Positions 33,457 through 43,362 of a stretch of DNA of 64,000 nucleotides are shown piece after piece. The stretch's first letter is position 1. The number at the start of each line of letters is the position of its first letter. Location: the NCBI GenBank assembly GCA_963766715.1, contig CAVYBH010000008.1, positions 64,001 through 128,000 on the forward strand, written 5' to 3'. The DNA comes from an uncultured delta proteobacterium (GTDB lineage: Bacteria > Myxococcota > Myxococcia > Myxococcales > Anaeromyxobacteraceae). A program made the position numbers and the translations under genes. The notes beneath the pieces are model-generated. The model was given only the letters and a program-made list of their open reading frames with translations, did no database searches and was not told where the DNA came from.

Positions 33457-35512
33457 ATGTGCGGCATCGCCGGCGTCGTCACGCTCCGCGACGGGCTGTC
33501 CCCCGCCGACGATGGCGGAGCTCGAGGCCATGGTGGGCGCGCTTCGGCACCGCGGGCCGGACGAGTTCGGCATCTACCGGGACGCGCGCGCCGGGCTCGG
33601 GCACGCCCGGCTCTCCATCATCGACCTCGCCACCGGCCAGCAGCCGCTCTCGCAACGAGGACGGGACCCTGTGGGTGGTCTTCAACGGGGAGATCTTCAA
33701 CTACGTCGAGCTGCGCGACGAGCTGACCGCCCTGGGACACGTGTTCCGGACCCGGAGCGACACGGAGGTCATCGTCCACGCCTGGGAGGCCTGGGGCGAG
33801 GAGGCCTTCGGCCGGTTCAACGGCCAGTTCGCCATCGCCCTGTGGGACGAGCGAGCGGAGGAGCTCGTCCTGGCGCGGGACCGGCTCGGCGTCCGGCCCC
33901 TCTACCTCTGCGAGCACGACGGCCGGCTCTGGTTCGCCAGCGAGGTGAAGGGCATCTTCGCGGGCGACCCCGCCATTCCCCGGGAGCTCGACCCGGTCGG
34001 AATCTCCGAGACCTTCACCTTCTGGACGGTGGTGCCGCCGCAGTCCGTCTTCCGGGGCGTGACGGAGCTCGAGCCGGGCCACCTGCGGCGGGTCTCCCGG
34101 CGCGGCGTGGTCGACCGGGCCTTCTGGAGCCCGACGCTACCCGGCCTCCGGACGGGGCGCCTTCGCCGGCTCGCTCACCGACGCGACGCGCGAGGTGGGG
34201 GGAGCACTCGAGCAGGCCGTCCGCCTCCGCATGCTGCGCGCCGACGTCCCGGTGGGTTGCTACCTCTCCGGCGGCCTCGACTCCTCCCTCGTCGCCGCCC
34301 TCGGACGGAGGGTGAAGGGCGACCGGTTCCTCACCTTCTCGGTCCGCTTCGAGGACGCCGAGTACGACGAGACGCCCTACCAGCGCAGCGTGGCGGCCAT
34401 GATCGGAAGCGATCACCGCGAGCTCGCTGGTGCGGCGGTCGGACATCGGGGAGGCCTTCCCGCGGTGGTCGCCCACGCCGAGCGGCCGTTGCTCCGGACC
34501 GCCCCGGCTCCGCTCTTCCTGCTCTCCGGGCTGGTGCGCGAGTCCGGGATCAAGGTGGTCCTGACCGGAGAGGGCGCCGACGAGATGTTCGCCGGGTACG
34601 ACCTCTTCCGGGAGGGGAAGGTGCGGCGCTTCTGGGGACGCCAGCCCGGGTCCTCCCTTCGCCCCCGGCTCCTGGAGCGGCTCTACCCGTACCTGGCCCG
34701 ATCTCCCGTGGGGCAGCAGGCCCTTGCCCGGGAGTTCTTCGGCCGCGGACCGGGGCGACTGGGCGGCCCCCGGCTTCGCCCATCGGACGCGCTGGCAGCC
34801 GACCGCGGCCCTCCAGCGCCTCTTCGCTCCCGGGTTCCGGCAGGCCGCCGAGGCCACCGACGTGGTGGGGCGCCTGCTCGCGCTCGCTTCCCGAGGCGTT
34901 CCCGTCCTGGGCGCCGCTCGCCCAGGACCAGTACCTCGAGACCCGCACGCTCCTCGCGGGCTACCTGCTCTCGTCCCAGGGCGATCGCATGCTCATGGCC
35001 CACTCCGTCGAGGGACGCTTCCCCTTCCTCGACGCGGACCTGGTCGAGCTCGCGAACTCGCTCCCTGCCTCCTACAAGCTGCGCGGGCTCGACGAGAAGC
35101 ACGTGCTGAAGAAGGTCGCCGAAGGGCTCGTTCCGGACGAGGTCGCTGCGCCGCCCCAAGCAGCCGTACCGGGCACCGGACGCCCTCTGCTTCGTGGGGC
35201 CCGGGGCGCCGTCCTGGGTCGACGGCGTCCTGGACAGCCGCGCCGTCGTCCGATGCCGGCGTCTTCGAGCCCCGGTCGGTCGAGCGGCTCTGGAAGAAGT
35301 GCCGGGCGTCGGGCGGGGGAGAGCAGTTCTCCAATGCCGACAACATGGCGCTCGTGGGCGTGCTCTCGACCGGGCTGCTCCACGAGCGCGCTCGTCCGTT
35401 CCCCTCCCGGCACGGGAACGGAGATCGAGGTCCGGACGCGGGTCGACCACCTGGCCGGCCCTGGCGCCGGACGCCGTCTTGCGGCAAAGTCCTGGACGGG
35501 GGGAAGTCATGA
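33457..35512 (+). CDS. asnB: Asparagine synthase (glutamine-hydrolysing) family amidotransferase (frameshifted)
   Basis: [51 protein letters not shown] and [17 protein letters not shown]. Confidence 0.93.
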
Positions 35513-35816
35513 GCACGCACGGGGGAGCAGTGGTAGCCTCGACCGCTCGACGAACGGAGGAGGCTCCACTGGAAGTCCGAGATCGCGTCAGGCAGTTCAT
35601 CATCGAGAACTTCTACGTCAGCGATCCGTCCGAGGTCGGCGACGACGTGTCCCTCATCAGCAGCGGGCTCGTGGATTCGACCGGCATGCTCGAGGTCATC
35701 TCCTTCCTGGAAACCGAGTACGGCTTCCACGTGGAGGAGCAGGAGACCACCCCGGCCAATCTCGAGACGGTCGGCCGGATCGCCGACTTCGTCGTCCGGA
35801 AGCGACCGCCGCCTAG
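35509..35816 (+). CDS. Stand-alone acyl/aminoacyl carrier protein
   Basis: VRQFIIENF...SLISSGLVDSTGMLEVISFLE...TTPANLETVGRI, with the Ppant Ser in DST. ATGA overlap with the asnB-like gene. Confidence 0.9.
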
Positions 35817-35826
35817 ACGCCCGGCC

Positions 35827-36845
35827 TCAGAGGATGGCGCGCAGCCGCGTCCGCCGCAGGACCGACGACGAGCCACAGGGTCGGGCGGCACGCTCACGAG
35901 GACGAGCAGGACCGGGCCCAGCTGGATGCCCATGACCCGCTCCAGCCGCATGACCGTCTGCGTGTAGAGCGGTTCCTGCAGGAGGTAGCCGCCGAGAAGA
36001 GCGGCGTGATCTTCTCGATCCATCGCCCCGGCGGGTTGGGCAGCAGCGCCCCCGCCGCCACCAGGCCGAGCGCCAGCGCATAGCGAAGGGGCTCCGCCGT
36101 CACGAGCGGCGTTCCCGCGGGACGGAGTGCGAGGCTCGCACCCAGCGCCGCGACGCAGGCGGCCAGCACCGCCCACCACACGAGCCGGACGTTGGCCCAG
36201 GGACGCGCCAGCGTCCTCCCCAGCATGAGGCCGAGCGGGACCGCGGGCAGGCCGAAGGCCCACTGCCGGAACGGCTCGACCCGGATGTCGGCGAGGTGCG
36301 CGAACGCGATGGCCGCCACGCCGAGCAGGCCGCAGGCGACGAGGAAGAGGCGCGTGGGGACCTTCTGCGTCCAGACGTCGAGGTAGTGGACGGCGATCCC
36401 CACGATGGCCGCGAAGGGCAGGAACCAGAGGTGGATGGTGGTCCCGTAGAGGAGCATCCGGGCGTTGACCATGTCTCGGCACGGAGACCCCGTTCCGCAG
36501 CCCGATCACCAGGCCGGCCGCCCCGAAGAGGAGCGACCAGGCCACCCAGGGAAAGAGCAGCTTCTCCACCCGCACCTGGATGAACTTCCGGGTCGGCTCC
36601 GGCGTGGGAAGGCGGGACGCGAGCGCGAAGCGGAGCAGGAGGAAGATGGGCAGGCCGGCGCCCAGGAACAGGTACTCCCCCGACATGTGGAACGACGCGA
36701 TGTCCAGGAACGAGAGGAGCCGCAGGCGGTCCCAGTTCGCTCTGGCGCGCGCGCTTCGGCTGGCCGGGGCGCGGCGGCGTCGTGCGGGGGCGCCTCCTCC
36801 CGGGAGGAGGGGCCGCCCGCTCGATCGCCGCGCCGGCCTAGTCAC
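35827..36845 (-). CDS. Acyltransferase-3 (OafA/WecH-like) membrane O-acyltransferase (frameshifted)
   Basis: WDRLRLLSFLDIASFH, LPIFLLL, RVEKLLFPWVAWS and HLWFLPF, with many TM segments. Confidence 0.8.
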
Positions 36846-39800
36846 TGGCAGTCAGCGAGGTCCCGGAGAGCCTGCAGGCCACCGCCGCCTTCACGTATCC
36901 CTGCCACGGCTCGGTTCCGGTGTGGTCGCTGCCCACCGAGATGGCGCCCCCGGCCAGGTCGGGCGGCGCGCCCGTGAGCGGCGACCCGTCCGGCCGGCGT
37001 CAGCGCGACGTCGTTCACGTACAGGGTCATGGTGCCGTTGGGCGCGACGCATCCCTTGATCCGGGCCGACGTGTCGACCGGGATGGAGAAGTCCGCCTTG
37101 GCGAACCCGTTCACCGCGCCCTGCACGAACATCTCCAGGAGGTGCCGCCCGCCGTGCCCATGACCATGAGCCTGCACCGTCTGGCGCCTCGACGTCGGCC
37201 GGGAAGGACCACCGACCAGGGTTCGCCGGTCGAAGAACGGTCCCTGCCAGGTCATCCCGGTGGGCGGCTGGGCCTCGGCGCCGATGCAGAAGCCGGTCGC
37301 GGCCGTGCTCGGGCTGAGGGCCGGGAGGGTGAGCACCTCCCGGGTCGGCTGCGTGGCGAGCGAGCTGTAGATGGTCGGGCCCGGGTCGAAGCCGAGCGGG
37401 ATCACCGGGCGCCGAGACGCCGGCGATGTCCCGGCCCAGCTGGGTGAGGACCACGCCCCAGGCGTGGAACTCGATGGGCGTCGCGCCGTCGTTCCGGAGG
37501 TAGACCGTCCCGAGCGCGGTCGGGCGGGGCGGCGTTGAGCCCGGTGAGCTGGACGTTCGTCCACGTGGTCAGCGCCGCGAGCGGGATGTCCTGCGAGCCC
37601 AGCGGCGTCGGCGGAACGGTGCCCGGGATGTCCGAGGCGACCGTGAGCGTCCCGGTCTGCGTTCCCACCGCGCGCACCCAGATCTGGCCGTGGGCGGCCC
37701 CCGGGTTCACGAAGGCGGTGAGGGGGAGCGAGAGGCTCGCGCCGGCGGGCAAGCAGGATGCGGGCCGCGTTCGCGATGTCGGCGTCGCCCGGCGGGAGCG
37801 CGTCGTTCGGGGTCACCACGGGGGCGCCTGCGCCGCCCGCAGGAGTACGCGACCACAACTGCAGCGCCTCCGGGTACTGGACGCGGTTGGTCGCCTGGAG
37901 CCCGAAGAGGAAGCCCTTGCCGGCCGGGTCGATCCGGGGCTGGTTCTTCCAGGCCGTGTGGTAGGGCGCCCCGGCCCCGACGCCGGGGTAGTAGCCCTCG
38001 CGGTCGCGCACGTAGCTGACGGTCGTCGAGCCGTCCGGCATGAAGAGCCCCAGGATCGCGGCCGTCTTGGCCTCGATGTTGGCCCGGGTGGCGGGGAGCC
38101 TCCACACCGCGGTCTCGTAGACCCGGCCGCCGAAGTCGTGGTGGAGGTCGTTCGCGGCGTAGCCACCCACCGAGGCGTGCGCGAGCGACGTGACCATCGT
38201 ATCGGTCGGGGGAACCGCCGTGGCCGGCGTGGAGAACCGGCCGTTCGCGGCCATGGCGAGGGTCCCGCCGGCGGCGTCGCGCCCGCCGCAGAGCACCACG
38301 TACGAGGGGTTGATCGGGCCCTGCGGGTCCCCGAGGGGCATCGCGAAATCGGTCGCGATGGCGGCGACCTTCTCGCCGGAGGAGCTCTGGTAGCGGAAGG
38401 AGAAGAAGACGCTGCTCTGCATGAGCGCCCACCCGGCGATTCCGCGCTCGCCCTTGGCGATGATGATGCTGTCGTCGGCGGGTGCATTGACCGGGTTCCA
38501 GTCCGGCTTCACCACGGCGCAGACGAGGAGGTCCCCCTGGATGTCGAGGGCGTCGTCACCGGCGGTCGCGACGTAGCGCGACCCCGGCGCGGACGTCGAA
38601 CGGGCCGGCGCTGTAGCGGGTCACGCCCAGGCTGCCGACGCCGTCGAGCGGGTTGTTGGTGACGGGCGCGCCGTCCGGAGCGGTCCACACGATCGCGCTC
38701 GACTCGTGCTGGACCGGGGTCAAGACCAGGTGCTCGACGAGGTCCGGGTCGGCGTCCGGCCAGAAGGACGCGCTCGTGCCCCCCCACGCGGTCGGCGCCT
38801 GCCACTTCTGGAGCAGCACGACCGGCGGGCAGGTGACCGTCACGCTGGTGACGTTCGCGCCTCCCACGGTGCCCGTGCCGTTCGCCGACCGTGCAGACCT
38901 GCGCGGGCGCGCTCGGCTGCGTGAACACCGTCACCGCGTAGGCGCCGCCGCTCACCACCGGCGTCGCGAAGGTGAAGCCCCGTTCGCCGCGACGGCGAGG
39001 TTGTCGCCGCCGTTGTTGCGGAGGACGAGCCCGGTGCCGTCGAGGCCGGTCACCGTTCCGCCCACCGTGAAGCCGCTGGTGACGCAGGTGACGACGACGT
39101 TCGTGACGTTGGCGCCGCCCACCGTGCCGGTCCCGGCGCTCACCCCGCACGTCTGCGCGGGCGAGCCGGGCTGGGTGAGCACGGTCACCGCGTAGGCGGC
39201 GCCGCTGGCGACCGGCGTCGTGAAGGTGAAGGAACCGCTCGCGGCGACGGCCAGGTTGTTCCCTCCGTTGTTCTGGAGCACGAGCCCGCTGCCGGCCAGG
39301 CCCGAGACGGTTCCGCCGATCGTGAAGGTCCGGGTGACGCAGGTCACCGACACGCCGGTCACGTTGGCGTTCGCCACCGTGCCACTGCCGCTCGTCACCG
39401 AGCAGGTCTGGGCCGGGGAGCTCGGCTGGGTGAGCACCGTCACCACGTAGGCCCCGCCGCTCGCCACGCGCGACGTGAAGGTGAACGCGCCGTTCGCGGC
39501 GACGGTCAGGTTGTTGCCCCCGTTGTTCTGGAGCACCACGCCGGCGCCGGTGGCGAGCCCGCTCACCGTCCCGCCGACCGTGTAGGTCTGGCTGGCGCAC
39601 ACCACGCTGACGTTGGTGACGTTGGCGCCCGCCGACGATGCCGGTCCCGTTCGCGACCGTGCAGGTCTGCGACGCCGGGCTGGGTGAGCACGGTCACGGC
39701 GTAGGAGGCGCCGCTCGACACGGACGTGGGGAAGGTGAAGGCGCCGTTCGCGGAGACGGTGAGGTTGTCGCCCCCGTTGTTCTGGAGCACGAGGCCGCCC

Positions 39801-40430
39801 CCGACGAGGCCGGTGACCGTGCCGCCGATCGTGTAGGAGCCGGTGGCGCAGGTGACGGCGACGCTGGTGACGTTCGCGCTCCCCACCGTGCCGCTGCCGC
39901 TCGTCACCGTGCAGGTCTGGGACGGAGCGGACGGCTGGGTGAGGACGGTCACCGCGTAGGCGGCGCCGGTCGCCAGCGGCGGTGGCGAAGGTGAAGGGCC
40001 CGTTGGCCGAGACGGCCAGGTTGTCGCCGGCGTTGTTCTGGAGGACGAGGCCGCTGCCGGCCAGCCCGCTGACCGTTCCGCCGACCGTGCGGGTGACCGC
40101 GGCGCAGGTGACGGCCACGCTCGTGACGTTCGAGGCGCCCACCGTGCCCGCGCCGTTCGCGACCGTGCAGGTCTGGGCGGCGGGCTGGCTGGCGACCGTG
40201 ACCGCGTAGGTGGCGCCGCTCGCCAGCGCGGTCCCGAAGGTGAAGGTCCCGTTGGCCGAGATGGCGAGGTCGCTTCCCCCGTTGTTCCGCAGGACCAGAC
40301 CGGACCCGGTGAGGCCGGTCACCGTGCCGCCCACCGTATAGGTGGTGGTGGGGCCGCCTCCGCCGGAGCTCGTGCAGCTGGCGAGGACGGCGACCGACAG
40401 GACGGCTAGCCACTTCGGCGAGACAGGCAT
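36842..40430 (-). CDS. Large lipoprotein: six ~85-aa repeats plus C-terminal beta-sandwich (LamG/ConA-like) domains (frameshifted)
   Basis: MPVSPKWLAVLSVAVLASC lipobox and repeat unit YTVGGTVSGL.GSGLVLQNNGG. C-terminal region has DLLVCAVVKPDW, GGRVYETAVW and GTMTLYVND. Confidence 0.8.
38830..40345 (-). repeat. Six coding tandem repeats, period ~255 bp, each with two Cys
   Basis: Units start near 40340, 40090, 39835, 39585, 39327 and 39070: GGTVSGL...NNGGDNL.V.ANG.FTF...SGA.YAVTVLTQP....QTCTV..G.GTV..ANVT.V.VTC. Confidence 0.92.
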
Positions 40431-40576
40431 TCAGGACCTCGTGACAGGTGGACCCGGGTCGCCGACGACCCTCCCGGGTGGGAACTGCTACGACCCAGTG
40501 CAGCACCCTACCCCGCGACCGGGGCGGTGCAAGTCGATTGTCCCGGCGACAGCAGCGGGGTTGGTGGGATGACGAC

Positions 40577-41785
40577 CTACCCGGGGCTCGCGCCGCGGAA
40601 GAGCGCCTCGAGCCGCTCCGCCGAATGGGCCACGTCGAACTCCGGAAGGAGGCGCGCCCGGCCTCCCTCCACGACCCGCGCCCGGAGGGCCGCATCCCCT
40701 GCCAAGGTGGCCATCCGGTCGGCCAGCTGGTCCCAGCGGCCCACGGTGTAGAGCAACCCCGTCTCCCGGTGGATGACGAGCTCCGGGATCCCCGTGATGG
40801 CCGGCGCGATCACCGGGAGCCGGAGCGCCATGGCCTCCATGAGGACGACCGGCAGCCCCTCCATGAAGCTCGAGAGGACGAACACGTGGGCCCGGGACAT
40901 GGCCTCGAGCACCGCGGACTCGGGCAGCGCGCCGCGCAGCTCGACCCGGTCGCCGAGGCCGAGCGCGTCGACCACCGCCCGGATGCGCGCCTCCTCCGGC
41001 CCACCCCCGATGAGCACGAGCTGGGCGTCGAGCCCCTTCCGCACGGCGCCGGCAAAGGCCTCCACCAGGCCCACCTGCCCCTTCTCCGGCGAGAGGCGCC
41101 CGACGGAGAGGACCTGGATCCGCTCCCCGGGCGCGGGCCAGCGCGGCGCCGGCTGCGGGAGTGCGTCCGCCTCGACTCCGCAGCGGACCACGTGGAGCTT
41201 GTGCCAGTCGCCGGGATCGCTGAGCCGCATGGTCTGGCCGCGCCCGAAGTCGGTCACCGAGATCACGAAGCGGCTCGCGGCCACCTTCCGGGCGAGCAAG
41301 GGCGTCGTCGGACCGTCGAAGTCGCCGAGGCCGTGGAGCGCGATGCTCCACCCGATCCCGAGATACCGGGCGGCGGCCATTCCCACGTGGGACGCCGGGT
41401 TCGCGAAGGTGTTGTGGAGATGGGTGACGCCGCGCCGCTCGAGCTCGAGCGCCAGCCGCATCGCCTCGGCGAAGTACGCGAACGACAGGAAGAGGCGCTT
41501 CGCGCCGGGGAGGCGGTGCCCGAGCGTGTCCGACAGGGTGGACAGGAAGCGCCCGGGGCTCCGCGCGAAGGTCCGCACCAGGCTCGCCGCGATGGGCAGC
41601 CAGGGACGCTGCAGCACGTAGAAGGTCCGCGCCTCCTCGGCCCGGTCCGCCTCGGAGAGGCTGTGCGCCGGGCGGATCGAGAAGGTCTCGACCTCCACGC
41701 CGCGCTTGCGCAGGGCCGCCACCTCCCGCCGCACGAAGGTGTGCGACGGGAGCGGGTAGTGACTGACGAGATATCCGATCCTCAA
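40577..41785 (-). CDS. GT4 glycosyltransferase (WcaL-like)
   Basis: IGYLVSHYPLPSHTFVRREV, LSVGRLSPEKG and SSFMEGLPVVLMEAMA (EX7E). TTG start overlaps the deacetylase stop. Confidence 0.92.
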   Translation of the reverse strand: MRIGYLVSHYPLPSHTFVRREVAALRKRGVEVETFSIRPAHSLSEADRAEEARTFYVLQRPWLPIAASLVRTFARSPGRFLSTLSDTLGHRLPGAKRLFLSFAYFAEAMRLALELERRGVTHLHNTFANPASHVGMAAARYLGIGWSIALHGLGDFDGPTTPLLARKVAASRFVISVTDFGRGQTMRLSDPGDWHKLHVVRCGVEADALPQPAPRWPAPGERIQVLSVGRLSPEKGQVGLVEAFAGAVRKGLDAQLVLIGGGPEEARIRAVVDALGLGDRVELRGALPESAVLEAMSRAHVFVLSSFMEGLPVVLMEAMALRLPVIAPAITGIPELVIHRETGLLYTVGRWDQLADRMATLAGDAALRARVVEGGRARLLPEFDVAHSAERLEALFRGASPG

Positions 41786-42808
41786 CGTGCCCCCGGGAAG
41801 AAGTGGCTCAGGCGGAGCGCCATCCGCGCCTCGGAGAGGGCCCCGGCCCGGCTCCTGGCGCGTCGCGCGTCGATGTCGCACCGGCGTGAGCCGGAACGGG
41901 TCGGCGCCGGGCGCGTTCGGTCCCCACGCCGTGGTCACGGCCCGCAGGTAGCCGGCGCGGCGAACCGCCTCGACCACGCGCTCGTCGCAGTCGCCGTTCG
42001 GGTAGCAGAAGGACTCGCAGGGCACCCCCAGCTCCTCCTCCAGCCTGGCCCGGGAGCCGGCCACCTCGCGCTCGAGCTGGGCGTCGTCGACGAGGGGCAG
42101 GATCGGGTGGGTCACGCTGTGCGAGCCCACCTCGTGCCCCGCGCGGGCCAGCGCGCGGAGCTGATCCCAGGACATGAGGCCGTCCCAGGCTGGCCGGGCC
42201 GGTCCCGGGAGCGTCCCCTCCACGCGCGCCACGAAGGCGAGCCGGTCCGCGGGCGACAGGCGCTTGGCCCGCTCCATCGCGCCCTTCACGATGGCCCGAT
42301 CGTCGCCGGCGCCGCCGAGGATCGCCTCGGCGCGGGACCGATCGGCGGCGATCAGGCGGGTCGCCGCGTAGCCGAGCCGGTCGTGCCAGAGGAGCTCGTT
42401 GCGGTCCACGCCCTCCACCGGGACGAAGAAGCTCGCCGCGATGCCGGCGCGATCGAGCACCGGCCGGGCGTGCTCGTGGCCGTCGAGCTGCCCGTCGTCG
42501 AAGGTGATGGCCAGGAACGGTCGCGCGGGGCGTTCGCCCTTCTCCCAGCGCCGGTAGGTCGAGGCCAGCGTCCCGCAGGTGTAGTGGGCGGCGAAGAACT
42601 CGACGAACCAGCCGAACTCCTCGACCGACACCGCGATCTCGGGGATGGGGTACTCGCGGAGCTGCTCGGCGGGCAGGACGCGGTGGAAGGTGACCACGGT
42701 GAGCCGCCCGCGGGCCACCCGGGACGGACGGGTGACGCCCGAGGCGAGCAGGAGGGCCCCGGCCACGTCCCGCGCGAGCGGCTGGAGAGTTGACCGGAGG
42801 GAGGCCAT
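41782..42808 (-). CDS. Polysaccharide deacetylase (CE4/NodB family)
   Basis: TFHRV, ITFDDG, VGSHSVTHPIL and FCYPNGD. One frameshift near 41880. Confidence 0.92.
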
Positions 42809-42877
42809 CGGAGGCGCGGGCGAGAGTGGCACAGGTGGCGGGAGGCCATCAACCATGGCACGATTCGCGCCCCGGAG

Positions 42878-43362
42878 GTGCCCGTGCCCGTCGCGATCCA
42901 GGATCAGATCCCCCACAACCACTGCTGGGGCTGCGGGACGGAGAACCCCCGGGGGCTCCGGATCAAGAGCTACGTCGACGGGGAGGAGGCCGTCTGCACC
43001 TTCCGGCCCTCGCCCGACCACATGGCAGGGCCGACGCACGTGGTCTACGGCGGGATCCTCGCCGCGGTGGTCGATTGCCACTCGGTCTGCACGGCCATCG
43101 CCGACGTCTACCGCGCCGCCGGCCAGCCCATCGGGTCCGAACCGCTTCGCTGGTGCGTGACCGCGTCCTTGAAGCTCGACTTCCTGGCGCCGACCCCCAT
43201 CGACCAGCCGATGGAGCTGCGCTCCCGGGTCCGGGAGACGAAGGGGCGCAAGCGCGTGGTGGAGTGCACCGTCCGCTCCGGCGGGCGGGAGGTGGTGCGC
43301 GCCGAGGTCGTGGCCGTGGAGGTGCCGCCGACGTGGACGAGCGGACCGGGGAGCCCGCATGA
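42878..43362 (+). CDS. PaaI/hotdog-fold thioesterase
   Basis: NHCWGCGTENPRGL, VVYGGILAAVVDCH and VTASLKLDFLAPTP. An apparent frameshift near the 3' end hides an ATGA overlap with the next gene. Confidence 0.85.

Noticed and set aside
42856..42870. Sigma54-like TGGCACGATTCGCGC upstream of the thioesterase
   Set aside because: The -12 element is weak and the implied transcription start falls at or past the GTG start codon.
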